A DNA stretch of 64,000 bases from Candidatus Latescibacterota bacterium (GTDB lineage: Bacteria > Latescibacterota > UBA2968 > UBA8231): the NCBI GenBank assembly GCA_963422735.1, contig OY730476.1, positions 1,920,001-1,984,000 of the forward strand. Direction: 5' to 3'. A program made the translations under genes and the position numbers. Below the pieces are notes generated by a model that was not told the DNA's origin, made no database searches, and saw nothing but the letters and a program-made list of their open reading frames with translations. Within the stretch, counting starts at the first letter, position 1. Every line of letters begins with the position of its first letter. This document shows, piece after piece, positions 47,251-57,965 of this stretch.

Positions 47251-48882
47251 TTGTCTGGCTACTTCCAAGCTCTCTTGTTCCTTGCTTGTGCGTTGCCCGT
47301 CTCTAGTGCTGGACCGATCTTTACCGATGTGACCCAAGCCGCTGGCATCTCCTTCATCAATGAATCTGGCGGGGCCGACAAGCAGTACATCATCGAAACC
47401 CAATCGGCTGGCTGCGGCTTTTGGGACTACGATAGCGACGGCCAGCTCGACATCTTTCTCACCAGCGGCGTCCGCTCCGACTCGACGACAGGCACCGCGC
47501 TCTATCGCGGGATAGGCCACGGTGCGTTTAGCGATGTGACCGCAGGCTCTGGCACGGAGCTAGGCGGCTGGAATATGGGCGTGGCCTTTGCCGACTACGA
47601 CAGCGACGGCGATACCGACCTCTACCTCACCCGTTGGGGCCGGGACGTGCTTTTGGCTAACGAAAGAGACGGGACCTTCAAAGACGCCACCTCGACCGCG
47701 GGCCTCGGCGCGGCAGGCTGGGGGATCGGCGCGGCCTTTGCCGACTACGACAACGACGGCGATACCGACCTCTATGTCGCCAACTACATAACTTATGAAC
47801 GCGGTGGCCCGCCCTTTTACAACCGTTGGTGTAAGCACAACGGCGTACCCGCCGCCTGTGGCCCAAGCGGAGCCCAAGCTCAACCGGATTTGCTCTATCG
47901 CAACGAAGGCAATGGCACCTTTACTGACGCTAGTCTACAAGCGGGAATTCGCGGCCCGAATTACTACGGCATGGGCGCAGCTTGGTCCGACTTGGATGGC
48001 GACGGAGACCTCGACCTCTACGTCGCCAACGACGGGCATCCCAACAGCCTCTATCGCAATGACGGGGGCCGCTTCGTCAACATCTCGCTGGCGACCGGTA
48101 CGGCGCATAGCGGCGACGGGCGTGCCCAAGCCGGCATGGGCGTCGCCTTGGCCGACTTTGACAACGACCTACAGGTGGATGTTTTCGTGACCAATTTCTC
48201 ACAGGACCACAATACCCTCTACAGCAACGAGGGCAATGGCTTCTTCGCCGACGTCAGCGGACGCGCTGGCCTAGCCGGCAGCAGCCGCCCCTTTATGGGC
48301 TGGGGCACCTTCTTCTTCGACTACGACCACGACGGCTGGCAGGACCTCTTCATCGCCAACGGCCACCTAATGCCAGCCATTGAACGCGCTGGCGGCGGTC
48401 TCCGCTACCGCCAACGCAACCAGCTCTACCGCAACTTAGGCAACGGGCGCTTTCGGGAAATCGCCAACGAGCCGGCTCTTGCCACCGAGCGAGTTAGTCG
48501 CGGCGCAGCCAGTGGCGATTACGACGACGACGGCGACCTCGACATCTTGGTCGCCAATCTCGACGACGTCCCCTCCCTCTTGCGCAACGACGTCGAGGAC
48601 AAGGGCCATTGGCTGCTGTTGACACTGCGCCGGGGACCTACCGAGGCCATCGGCACACACGTGCGGATCCGTGCTGGCGGCCTACATCAGATGCGCGAAG
48701 TGCAGACCGGCTCTAGCTTTCAAGCTCAGAGCGATACGCGCTTGCACTTCGGTTTGGGGCCAGCCACTGCGGCCGATATCGAAGTCACGTGGCCGGGCGG
48801 TGAGCGCCAAGTCTTCCGCGCCGTGCCTGCCAACCACCACTACGCCATTCACCAAGGCGTCAATCGCCTCATGCCGGAGTAG
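47251..48882 (+). CDS. CRTAC1/ASPIC-UnbV FG-GAP repeat protein
   Basis: Repeated 'DYDxDGxxDLY', 'SRGAASGDYDDDGDLD', C-terminal 'QSDTRLHFGLG...VTWPGG'. Confidence 0.9.
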   Translation: MSGYFQALLFLACALPVSSAGPIFTDVTQAAGISFINESGGADKQYIIETQSAGCGFWDYDSDGQLDIFLTSGVRSDSTTGTALYRGIGHGAFSDVTAGSGTELGGWNMGVAFADYDSDGDTDLYLTRWGRDVLLANERDGTFKDATSTAGLGAAGWGIGAAFADYDNDGDTDLYVANYITYERGGPPFYNRWCKHNGVPAACGPSGAQAQPDLLYRNEGNGTFTDASLQAGIRGPNYYGMGAAWSDLDGDGDLDLYVANDGHPNSLYRNDGGRFVNISLATGTAHSGDGRAQAGMGVALADFDNDLQVDVFVTNFSQDHNTLYSNEGNGFFADVSGRAGLAGSSRPFMGWGTFFFDYDHDGWQDLFIANGHLMPAIERAGGGLRYRQRNQLYRNLGNGRFREIANEPALATERVSRGAASGDYDDDGDLDILVANLDDVPSLLRNDVEDKGHWLLLTLRRGPTEAIGTHVRIRAGGLHQMREVQTGSSFQAQSDTRLHFGLGPATAADIEVTWPGGERQVFRAVPANHHYAIHQGVNRLMPE

Positions 48883-48891
48883 AATAGAACT

Positions 48892-50226
48892 ATGAGCCTT
48901 GCACTGCTTTTTTTGTTAATATGCACTGCCTGTGCCCGCGAAACACCCGATACAACGCAAGCTCCCACCCCGCCCGCCGACTCAGCGGATCAGACCTTTG
49001 CCGCCGGTCGCGCACTCCAAGTTCGTGGCCTCTTCACCCAAGCCGAGCAGGCCTATCGGCGAGCACTGCAACAATCCCCGGCCAACCCCCAATACCATTA
49101 CTATCTCGGCGTCACATTGCATGCCCAAAGTCGTTTTGCCGAGGCGCAGACCCAATTTGAAAAAGCACTCGAACTAAAACCCGACTACGCCGGCCCTCGC
49201 ATCGCCTTGGGCAAAATGCTCTATGATGTACACGGGAAGGTAGAGGAAGCTCGCCAGTTCCTCACTGAGGCGCTGGAACTGGCTCCCAGTGCTGTCGAAG
49301 CGCACTACATATTAGGCGTAATTCACCAGCGCGAAGGCCAGCTACAAGAGGCCCGCGAAATTTTTGCCGCCATCGCCGCTGCCGACTCCACCCACCTCCA
49401 AGCCCGGCTACAGCTAGGTCTAGTGGACCTAAAGCTAGGCAATTACCAAAAGGCCGAGAGCCAACTGCGCCAAGTCGCGCACCTTAGTCCCCACGAACCA
49501 GCCGCGTTTCTCGGAATCGGGCAGGCTTTGTTGCGTCTGGGCCGCACCGCAGAGGGGCAGCGCGCGCTCGAGCGAGCGCGCGTCTTGGACGAACAAAACG
49601 CCCAACTCAAGCCCCACCAAGACGCGCTGCGCCAGTACCCCGATCAACCTCAAGCCCACTCCAATCTCGCCGCCCTCTACAGCCGCTTTGGGCGTCTCAA
49701 ACTGGCCGTCGAACACTACCGGCAGTCCATTCTCATCGACTCGACCTATGGCTTGGGGTACCAAGGATTGGGCACTCTGCTTCAGCGCCGGGGCAAGGAC
49801 GATTTGGCGACTCGCTATTACCTCGAAGCACTGAGCCACGACTCGACCCTAGCCGAAAGCCACAACAATCTGGGCTTGATATTTCACAAGCAGGGCCAAC
49901 TAGAAAAGGCCCTCAGACGATACGAGCGGGCCATGCAGTTCGCCCCATCTACGGGTTTCTACTACTCCAACCTCGGCAATGCGCACCTCGAAATGGATCA
50001 ATTGGACCAAGCGCAGGCGGCTGTCGAGCGGGCCATCGAACTGGACGCGAAGCTCTATAGTGCCCACATACTGCTCGGCGATATTCACGCCCGCCGCGGC
50101 GAATTCGCACGGGCTATCGCGCTCTGGGAAGGCGTTCCGTCCAGTGGGGCGGCCGGTGAGACTTTACAAGCCAAAATCGCCAAGGCTCGACGGCATCTAT
50201 CCGCGCAAGAGCGCACACCGCGATGA
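48892..50226 (+). CDS. TPR lipoprotein
   Basis: Lipobox-like CTAC followed by TPR repeats. Confidence 0.8.
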   Translation: MSLALLFLLICTACARETPDTTQAPTPPADSADQTFAAGRALQVRGLFTQAEQAYRRALQQSPANPQYHYYLGVTLHAQSRFAEAQTQFEKALELKPDYAGPRIALGKMLYDVHGKVEEARQFLTEALELAPSAVEAHYILGVIHQREGQLQEAREIFAAIAAADSTHLQARLQLGLVDLKLGNYQKAESQLRQVAHLSPHEPAAFLGIGQALLRLGRTAEGQRALERARVLDEQNAQLKPHQDALRQYPDQPQAHSNLAALYSRFGRLKLAVEHYRQSILIDSTYGLGYQGLGTLLQRRGKDDLATRYYLEALSHDSTLAESHNNLGLIFHKQGQLEKALRRYERAMQFAPSTGFYYSNLGNAHLEMDQLDQAQAAVERAIELDAKLYSAHILLGDIHARRGEFARAIALWEGVPSSGAAGETLQAKIAKARRHLSAQERTPR

Positions 50227-51725
50227 GCTTGGCTGTCCCGCTCGCCGCGCTATGGGTATTCTGGGGTGGTTGCGGTGCAGGCTCTGGCCCGGAAGAAGCC
50301 GGCGATCGCTTGGTGCAGGCCGGGCGTTCCTTCGCTGAAGAACATTGCTACGCCGAGGCGCGCCGCGCCTTTGAAAACGCTCTAGCCCTAGACTCGCTCG
50401 ACGCCGCAGCGCACTGTGCATTGGGCGATCTCGACGCCCGGCTCGGGCACGTAGAGCAGGCTATCCAGTCCTACAAAGCCGCGATCGCGGCCGACTCCAC
50501 GTACCATCGTGCCCGACATAATCTAGCTGTTATAGAGGCCGACCGGGGCTACCTGCCCCTAGCCATCGAGCTGCTCGAACACACTCCCACTTATGTCCCT
50601 GCTCTCCGTACCCTGCCCCTTTTTCACGCCAAACAGGGACGCTACGATCTAGCCGAAAAGGGATTGCACACCGCCCTAGCGGCAGGCGGGGAAAACATTG
50701 ACGTGCGGCAACAACTCGGCCGGCTCTATCTGCGCCAAGGGCGCTACGACGAAGCCCGAGCCGCACTCGACCTAGCCCTTGCCCAAGACTCAACCCAAGC
50801 CGAAAGTCACCGTCTGCTGGGTTTGCTGCACCTATCCGAGCGGCGTTACTCGGAGGCGCTGGCGGCCTTCCGCCGCACGCTCGCGCTCGACCCACACCTG
50901 ATCGAGGCCCACTACAACCTTTCTTCGGCTCTTCTGGGCTTGGGACAGCCAACCCAAGCGCAGGCGGCGTTGGCGCGTTTTGAGACCCTCGCTGCTCACG
51001 CCGCCCAAGTCGCGCACTTGCGCCGCCAACTCGACGCCGACCCCAATGACCACGAGACTCGCTTGCAGCTAGCCCATCACTATCGGCAACTGGGCCGAGA
51101 CAATGACGCCCTCACCCACTATCGGGCTGCACTTCTGGCCGATCCGACCAACTTGGATGCCCTAATTCCGCTGAGCGGGTTCTTGTTGGCGCGAGGAAAA
51201 GACCAAGAAGCGCTCGAACTATGCCGCCGAGGCATATCCCGGCACCCAACGGATGTGCGCACCAGCAAGCTCCACTTCACTCGTGGCTATGTCTATGTGC
51301 GACGCCACCAGTATCAAGAAGCCCGCACGGCCTTCGAGCGCGTCCTAGCACTGGATTCGTCCTCGGCCACGGCCTATAACAACCTCGGCCATGTCCAGCT
51401 AAGTTTAGGCGAAGAAGCGGCGGCCCAACGGGCGCTGGAGTCGGCCATTGCCGCCGATTCAACCCTAGCCGATGCCCACTACAATCTCGGCAGCCTGTTC
51501 TTGCAAAAGGGACAGCTAGACCGGGCCCAACGGGCTTATCAAGCGGCGCTTGCGGCCGATTCGACCTTTGCGCGGACCTATTACGCTCTGGCAACCGTGT
51601 ACCAAGCCCAAGGCGCGATCTCGGAAGCACGCCGTTGCTACCAAACCTTTATCGACAAGTGGCAAGGCAACCCAGACTTCTTGCGTCAAGCCCGCGAGCG
51701 GCTCGCCCAACTGTCGAGTCCTTGA
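50223..51725 (+). CDS. TPR lipoprotein
   Basis: Signal peptide ending WGGC and TPR repeats with recurring 'ADST' linkers. Confidence 0.8.
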   Translation: MSLAVPLAALWVFWGGCGAGSGPEEAGDRLVQAGRSFAEEHCYAEARRAFENALALDSLDAAAHCALGDLDARLGHVEQAIQSYKAAIAADSTYHRARHNLAVIEADRGYLPLAIELLEHTPTYVPALRTLPLFHAKQGRYDLAEKGLHTALAAGGENIDVRQQLGRLYLRQGRYDEARAALDLALAQDSTQAESHRLLGLLHLSERRYSEALAAFRRTLALDPHLIEAHYNLSSALLGLGQPTQAQAALARFETLAAHAAQVAHLRRQLDADPNDHETRLQLAHHYRQLGRDNDALTHYRAALLADPTNLDALIPLSGFLLARGKDQEALELCRRGISRHPTDVRTSKLHFTRGYVYVRRHQYQEARTAFERVLALDSSSATAYNNLGHVQLSLGEEAAAQRALESAIAADSTLADAHYNLGSLFLQKGQLDRAQRAYQAALAADSTFARTYYALATVYQAQGAISEARRCYQTFIDKWQGNPDFLRQARERLAQLSSP

Positions 51726-51726
51726 T

Positions 51727-53448
51727 ATGTCCATCCTAGCGTTCCTTGTCTGTTGCCTCTGTTTGGCCTGTAGCTCTACGGAAGAGATCGCGCCACCCGC
51801 ACCGCTGCCGCACACCGCGCCCGCAGCCCCGTCTCTCCACTTTGTCGAAGTAGCTTCTACCGTCGGTCTGACATGGCAGCACGAAAACGGCCGCAGCCCC
51901 CAGCGGCACTTCCCCGAGACCATGGGTGGTGGAGGTGCCTTCTTCGACTACGACGGCGATGGCGATTTGGATATTTACGCCGTAAACGGCGCTTTTATCT
52001 CCGCCGATTCGCAGGATGCGGCCCCTGCCAATAGGCTCTTTCGCAACGATGGCCAGCACTTTGTCTCGGTCGAGGCCGGAGTCGCCCACCGAGGCGTTGG
52101 CATGGGGGTTGCCGCGTCCGACTACGACAGTGATGGCGACCTCGACCTCTATTTGACCAACTTTGGCCCCAACGCGCTCTTTCGCAACGACGACGGATAC
52201 TTTGCCGAAATCGGACGGCAGACCGGCGTTGCCGATGCGCGCTGGGGCACGAGCTGCACCTTTGCCGATTACGACCGCGACGGCGATCTCGACCTTTATG
52301 TCGCTAACTACGTGGCCTACGATCCAGCCGCGGCCCGCCTCGATCAAGTACCCTATATGGCTGGCTACGAAAGCTATGGCGGTCAGGCACCTGTCGGCTA
52401 TCCGCATCCAGACAACTTCGAGGGCCAGGCCGATCTGCTCTACCGCAACGATGGCGGGGGGCACTTTGTTGATGTCTCGGCAGGAGCGGGTATCGCTGAT
52501 GCGAGCGGCAAGGGGCTAGGGGTGGCTTTTGGCGACTACGACCGCGACGGCTGGCCCGACATCTACGTGGCCAATGACGCAGTGCGCAACTTCCTCTACC
52601 ACAACAGCCACGATGGGACCTTTACCGAAAGAGCGGGACTGATGGGGGTGGCTTATGGCCAAGATGGGCAGATGGAAGCGGGCATGGGAGTAGATTGGGG
52701 CGACTACAACGGCGACGGCGTACTTGATTTAACGGTGACCAACTTTCAGGCCGAGCCTAACGCACTCTATCGGGGCGAAGGCGGCTTCTTCTCGGTTGCA
52801 ACCTTTGCCGCCGGAATGGGTCTTCCGTCGCTGCCCTTGCTCGGGTTTGGCACCCAGTTTTTCGACCCCGACCTCGATGGCGATCTCGACCTGTTTGCCG
52901 CTAACGGCCACGTCCTCGACAACGTCCGCGACATCGACCAATCCACTAGCTATGGGCAGCGCAATTTGCTCTTCCGCAACGACGGCGGCCGCTTCGCCGA
53001 GGTTTCCGCGATAGCTGGCCCCGGCTTCTCCCTAGAGCGCGTCAGCCGCGGCAGTGCCACCGGCGACTACGACGACGACGGCGATCCCGATCTACTAGTT
53101 TTCAATTCAGGTCAACCACTCAGCTTGCTGCGCAACGACCAAGGCGACGCCAACCACTGGATGACCCTCCGACTCGTGGGAGCTAACGGTAACCCTAACG
53201 GCATCGGCACTTGGCTGACGGCGACCAGCGGCGGCCTAGTCCAGAATAGGGAACTGCGCGGCAGCCGCTCGTACCTATCGCAGAGTCAACTCCGCATCTG
53301 TTTGGGACTAGGGAAACGGCCGCAACTCGACGCGCTAACAGTGCGCTGGCCTTCGGGCCGCGTGGATCGATTCGGTCCCTTTGCAGCCAACCAAGCCATC
53401 GTGCTCGTCGAAGGCGAGGGCGTCAGCGCGGCTTCTGACCCGCCCTAA
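51727..53448 (+). CDS. CRTAC1/ASPIC-UnbV FG-GAP lipoprotein
   Basis: ATG 51727, lipobox CLAC, FG-GAP repeats, 'SYLSQS...GLG...VRWPSG'. Confidence 0.9.
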   Translation: MSILAFLVCCLCLACSSTEEIAPPAPLPHTAPAAPSLHFVEVASTVGLTWQHENGRSPQRHFPETMGGGGAFFDYDGDGDLDIYAVNGAFISADSQDAAPANRLFRNDGQHFVSVEAGVAHRGVGMGVAASDYDSDGDLDLYLTNFGPNALFRNDDGYFAEIGRQTGVADARWGTSCTFADYDRDGDLDLYVANYVAYDPAAARLDQVPYMAGYESYGGQAPVGYPHPDNFEGQADLLYRNDGGGHFVDVSAGAGIADASGKGLGVAFGDYDRDGWPDIYVANDAVRNFLYHNSHDGTFTERAGLMGVAYGQDGQMEAGMGVDWGDYNGDGVLDLTVTNFQAEPNALYRGEGGFFSVATFAAGMGLPSLPLLGFGTQFFDPDLDGDLDLFAANGHVLDNVRDIDQSTSYGQRNLLFRNDGGRFAEVSAIAGPGFSLERVSRGSATGDYDDDGDPDLLVFNSGQPLSLLRNDQGDANHWMTLRLVGANGNPNGIGTWLTATSGGLVQNRELRGSRSYLSQSQLRICLGLGKRPQLDALTVRWPSGRVDRFGPFAANQAIVLVEGEGVSAASDPP

Positions 53449-55441
53449 TCTGCGCGACGAGTGCGCGGCCGAACGCCTCTTGCTGCTGCTCGGCAGCTAC
53501 CTGCACGACGTACGGCTCGGCGTCGGCCAAGCGACCCGCAGTCATCAGTTCGGTGACCAACAGCTCTAGCAAGTCCGTTGTGAACATCTTGCGGATATTC
53601 GCGTCTTGCGCTGCGCTTTCTAGATCTGTCAACGCCTTGACATGCTCTCCGAGCAAATGGTAGGCATAGCCGCGGATAAAGTCCTGTAACCCCGGGGAAA
53701 AGTCCGGGGCTTCGCTCAAGAAGCGCAAGCGGTCTAGCAGGGCGGAGAGCGTAGCACGCCCATCGGCCCCAATAAGATCTCCCGCGAGTTGTCCACAACG
53801 CATCTGGCGCAGCGTACTCCACAAATCGCCCCATATTGTATAAGGCTCCTCCAAACGAGCCGCGCGATAATAGGCCCGCGCACGCTCGTACTCCCGAGCG
53901 GCGTAGCACGCCTCAGCCACGTTCAGCGCCAATAGCTCCGGCCCCTCTCCCGTTCGCCAGTGCTCGACTCCGCTCCGCTCTCCGGCACTCAATTCGTCCC
54001 ACAGGGCCGCGGCTTGCTGGCGCAAGGTCTGCACTCGACGCTCGTTGCCCTCATCCAAAGGAGGCGCGGCCAAGAGTACGGCCATGGCCCGCAGCACGGC
54101 CAGCCGCTCGACGGGCAAGTCGCCTAGCCTACGGCGGTATTCGTCGGCTGCCGCCAACCGATCCTCAGCGTCGGGCGCGACCTTCCAAGGAGCCGGTGCT
54201 CCTTCCAGCGCAGCGACAATGGCCCGGGCCAAGAGCACTTGGCCAGCCGCCGCTGGATGCAAATGATCGGCCATCAACTCCCAACCTACCCCTGCCTCCG
54301 GGCTATGGGCGCGGAAGCGCACCTCGACATCGGCGAGGAGCACCCCTTCTTCGGCCGCGACTCGGCGGACGATCTCGTTTAGGGTTGCTGTCGCCCGCCA
54401 AGGCCGGGGATCCAACTCGCGAGCCTGCACATAAGCCGCCCGCGCCTTAGCCCCACGAGCCAACTGCTCTAAGTGATAACCGCGCAAGAAGTGCAAATAG
54501 GCGTCGTCCGCATAGAGTGCTTCGGCCTGCTCCAAGGATGCCAGCGCGGCCGACGGGGCTTGCTCCCTATGGCCCTGAGCTAAAAAATTCACATAGCGCA
54601 CGCGCTCCCCATCCGGCAAAGGCGGCTCAATGTGCGCTGGCGCGAAACCGCGCTCGTTGCTGGTCACCGTACAGAGCACCAAGGGTATGCGCTGCGCTCG
54701 GCAAAAGGCCGCCACGTCGCGGAGATTGGCTTCTAAGTTGGCCGCTGCCTGCGCCCGCCGCGGATCGGACGCCGGGATCGCGCCTGCCTTAGACATCACC
54801 TCGATTAAGGGACCTTCCGCCCTCTCTTTTCCCAATGGCCCGATCAGCTTGCCGACCAAGGGCCTCAGCCGCCACTGCACCAGCGCGTAGTGGACCCGCT
54901 TCATCCACACCGCTTGCCCTCCTTGGGCCAATGAGGCCGCCCCATAAACCCCGTATAGCTCGTTGTGTCCGGTATAGACTACGATCAAGTCCGCCCCGAG
55001 TGCGGCTTTGCCATCTTCCACGGCGCGGGCCACGGCAAAGCTCGAAGCCGCGGTGATTCCGGCGTTAAAGACTTCGATCTGACGCTCTGGAAAGAGGTCG
55101 CCGAGCATTTCTTGGAGATAAGACGGGGCCGCTAAACGCTTGGGGTGGGGGTAGCCCTGTACGGTCGAACCCCCGGCAAAAAGCACGCGCAATGCGCCAG
55201 CGGGCGCAGGTTCGATATAGGGCCTCGGGGTCATGCGGATGCCGCGCCGGATAGGCTCGGCCATGTCGGCGAAGAAGCGACGGGCGTAATCCGGGTTGAC
55301 CGCGTGGAGCACCCGGCCCTCGACGTGCGCTAGTTGGATGGCAAACGCCGGCGGATCCAACGCCGGGATCAGCCGCAACCCACCTTCGATGAGCGCGACC
55401 AAGACCAAGCCGAGCAGCAACGCCGCGAGCCGGCCGCGCAT
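53423..55441 (-). CDS. SGNH/GDSL-like hydrolase with TPR region
   Basis: 'GGSTVQGYP', 'FNAG', 'YTGHNE', 'DHLHP'. Confidence 0.8.
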   Translation of the reverse strand: MRGRLAALLLGLVLVALIEGGLRLIPALDPPAFAIQLAHVEGRVLHAVNPDYARRFFADMAEPIRRGIRMTPRPYIEPAPAGALRVLFAGGSTVQGYPHPKRLAAPSYLQEMLGDLFPERQIEVFNAGITAASSFAVARAVEDGKAALGADLIVVYTGHNELYGVYGAASLAQGGQAVWMKRVHYALVQWRLRPLVGKLIGPLGKERAEGPLIEVMSKAGAIPASDPRRAQAAANLEANLRDVAAFCRAQRIPLVLCTVTSNERGFAPAHIEPPLPDGERVRYVNFLAQGHREQAPSAALASLEQAEALYADDAYLHFLRGYHLEQLARGAKARAAYVQARELDPRPWRATATLNEIVRRVAAEEGVLLADVEVRFRAHSPEAGVGWELMADHLHPAAAGQVLLARAIVAALEGAPAPWKVAPDAEDRLAAADEYRRRLGDLPVERLAVLRAMAVLLAAPPLDEGNERRVQTLRQQAAALWDELSAGERSGVEHWRTGEGPELLALNVAEACYAAREYERARAYYRAARLEEPYTIWGDLWSTLRQMRCGQLAGDLIGADGRATLSALLDRLRFLSEAPDFSPGLQDFIRGYAYHLLGEHVKALTDLESAAQDANIRKMFTTDLLELLVTELMTAGRLADAEPYVVQVAAEQQQEAFGRALVAQIRAGQKPR

Positions 55442-55444
55442 TTT

Positions 55445-57109
55445 TTAAAAGGCGTCAGCGTAGCGAGCGAGGGCGTCTTGGCTGATATGCACCTCGCCTG
55501 CATACGCTTGGCGCAGCGAGTCGAGAAACGCATTGAAGAGTACACCTTCTCGGCGCTTGCGGATATCCACGCGAATGGGCCGCTGTACCTGCTTAAAGGG
55601 CAGCAACGCCATCTCGTAAGGCTGGTTGAGGCGAAAGACGCTGTACTTCTCTTGGACTTCCATTGGACCTTGCAGTACCCCAACGTCTTTGGAATTGCTG
55701 TCGCCAAAAAAGGTGCGGTACGGCGACTGATAGAGCGACTCGATGGTGACCCGACCGCTGTCGGCGAATGTGTGACCGCCCACTGGCTTCATACTGGACC
55801 GCACCGAATGGCGAACAGCCAAAGCCTCTAGTCGTTCCCCAGCACGCACCTGAGCGAGGATCGCCTCGGCCTCCGCGCGCGTATCGACCAGAACCTCGGT
55901 CATCTCGATGATACCGGGCAAGGACTTGTAGGTATCGAGGTATTTTTCGTAATAGGCTCTAACTTCGGCATCCGTCACCTCGACCCTACCCTCGACCTCG
56001 TCTAGGCGCAATTGGGACGCGAGAAGCTTCTGGTGCTTTTTCTCTTTCCACTCCACTATGTCGGCCCGCTGATGCAGCCCTTGAGCGCGGGCCTCGAGGG
56101 ACAGCAGCGAATCGGGAAGAATCCACAACTCAAGCACTTGGAAGACCGCTGTGCTGTCGGGCGGCAACGTACCTTTTTCCACATTGAGCAGCCCCTGCAC
56201 GAAGTCGCCCACTTTGATTGCGCCCCCTGTGTATTCGATCAGCGGTGCCTGCGCTTGCGCTTGGCTCAGTCCACCGCGGTGCAATCCATTGAGCACGGCG
56301 TGGATGCGATTTCGGTGATAGCGCAGGTCGTGCGCCTTCTTGAGCGAATCAATGACCGCTTCGCGCCGACTCACCCACTTGCGCCGGCTTAGCTGCTTGG
56401 CGATATCGTCGCGCAACTGCTCGAAGGGAATGCGCCGCTTTTTGAGCACCTTGACCACCTCATAGCCATCGATGGTGCGGATCGGCTCGCTGATCTGGCC
56501 TTCTTCCAAGTGGAAGGTGCCATCGCGCAGATTGGACACGGCACCACCTTGGTCGAAGAAGGCACCGAGATTGCCGCCTTTGTCCGCGTCGTCAGCTAGG
56601 GAACGCTCGCGGGCCAACTCGGAGAAACTAGCCCCTGCATCCAGCAGGCGGATGATTTCGCGGGCGTCTTCTTCGCGAGCGGAGAGGATGTGCGCCGGCC
56701 AAATTTCCCAACCCAGCGACTGCTCCTCATAGGCCGCACGAAGTTCCTCTTCGGTAATTGTGAACTGGGCATCAACTATTTCGCGAGACAACTCCTCAGC
56801 TAAGCGCTTATTGACCATCTTGGAAAGCTTGTGCTTCAGGTCGGGCAGCCGATCCAGTCTCCGCTTCCTAGCCTCGCGCAGCACGAGATCCTTGTCCACC
56901 AAGCTCTGCAAATGTACGCGATGGGCAGCCACGCCCTCTTTCTTTGAGCGCAGATAGTCGGGCAACTCCCGCTCGTAGCGGTCGAGGTCTAGGGCAGTAA
57001 TCGCCTCCCCGGCGACCGTGGCCAAGACAGCGGCTAAATCGGCGGTTTTGCTCTCTGGGCCGCAACCTGCAAGCACCAAGAGGGCAACTAAAAAATGTCT
57101 CCACGACAT
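55445..57109 (-). CDS. PpiC/SurA-like peptidyl-prolyl isomerase lipoprotein
   Basis: Lipobox LAGC, 'AHIL', 'FSELARERS..D...GGNLG', 'GQISEPIRTIDGYEVVKV'. Confidence 0.85.
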   Translation of the reverse strand: MSWRHFLVALLVLAGCGPESKTADLAAVLATVAGEAITALDLDRYERELPDYLRSKKEGVAAHRVHLQSLVDKDLVLREARKRRLDRLPDLKHKLSKMVNKRLAEELSREIVDAQFTITEEELRAAYEEQSLGWEIWPAHILSAREEDAREIIRLLDAGASFSELARERSLADDADKGGNLGAFFDQGGAVSNLRDGTFHLEEGQISEPIRTIDGYEVVKVLKKRRIPFEQLRDDIAKQLSRRKWVSRREAVIDSLKKAHDLRYHRNRIHAVLNGLHRGGLSQAQAQAPLIEYTGGAIKVGDFVQGLLNVEKGTLPPDSTAVFQVLELWILPDSLLSLEARAQGLHQRADIVEWKEKKHQKLLASQLRLDEVEGRVEVTDAEVRAYYEKYLDTYKSLPGIIEMTEVLVDTRAEAEAILAQVRAGERLEALAVRHSVRSSMKPVGGHTFADSGRVTIESLYQSPYRTFFGDSNSKDVGVLQGPMEVQEKYSVFRLNQPYEMALLPFKQVQRPIRVDIRKRREGVLFNAFLDSLRQAYAGEVHISQDALARYADAF

Positions 57110-57134
57110 ACGTTTCTCACCTGTGTACAAAATC

Positions 57135-57167
57135 TGCGCGGTACCGCTCTCATAGCGGCACCGCGCA
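57135..57167 (-). terminator. Hairpin after the lipoprotein gene
   Basis: TGCGCGGTACCGCT-ctcat-AGCGGCACCGCGCA. Confidence 0.5.
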
Positions 57168-57196
57168 TCTGAGTGATATTCGCCAATGGCACCGCG

Positions 57197-57955
57197 CTAC
57201 TTGTTGGTCGCCACCTTGCTCCCGTCTGGATAGACGCGGCCGATCTCCCGCTCAAAGTGCATTTCGACGTCCACATCCTCAATCGGATCCCCCTTGAAGT
57301 CGAAGCGCACCACCACATCGGGAATATGGACGGTCAACCCGTCGACATCCGGTGCCAGTGGCTTGAAGACGAGATACCCCTCGTTCTGTTGGGCGCTGAA
57401 CACCTGCTCATCGGGAAACATCGTGGTCCGCAAGATGCCGGTACGCTCCTGCCAGATGTAGCGAGCGTTGCCGAGCATCCCAGGCTCGTTGCCGCCGGTG
57501 CCACCGCCGATATAACTGCGGTAATATCTCGAGAGCTGTTCGTGGCTCAGCGCGTAGTACTTGCGCCCGTTAGAGGTGGTCATATAGACCTTTTGGGGGT
57601 CGAGATAGACCTTGGGGTATTCGTAATTAGAAAGATACATGCGAAAGACTGTGAAGCGGTGCGGGGTATCCCCAGTGCGAAAGTACGTCGAGTTGCCAAA
57701 CGTGTAGGGGTTGCGCGAGTCGGCCCCCTCGTTGGAGTACGCGCTGAACTGGCGGTTCAACTCCTCGTCGGTCATCGGCCGCAGGCTGATTTCAAGACGC
57801 GCTTGTATATAGGACACGGTGCCATCGTCGGCCACCGTCTTATTAGCCCCTTGCTCAATCTCGTTCAGCGGCTTGAGATCCTCTGCATAGTAGCGATAGG
57901 AGCAGCCCGGAAAAATCAGCCCAACCAGAAGCAACGGTGTGAAACATTTCAGCAT
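57197..57955 (-). CDS. Lipoprotein of unknown function (paralog of 40142-40888)
   Basis: GGAGGT SD, lipobox FPGC, motifs shared with 40142-40888. Confidence 0.75.
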   Translation of the reverse strand: MLKCFTPLLLVGLIFPGCSYRYYAEDLKPLNEIEQGANKTVADDGTVSYIQARLEISLRPMTDEELNRQFSAYSNEGADSRNPYTFGNSTYFRTGDTPHRFTVFRMYLSNYEYPKVYLDPQKVYMTTSNGRKYYALSHEQLSRYYRSYIGGGTGGNEPGMLGNARYIWQERTGILRTTMFPDEQVFSAQQNEGYLVFKPLAPDVDGLTVHIPDVVVRFDFKGDPIEDVDVEMHFEREIGRVYPDGSKVATNK

Positions 57956-57965
57956 GGGGAACCTC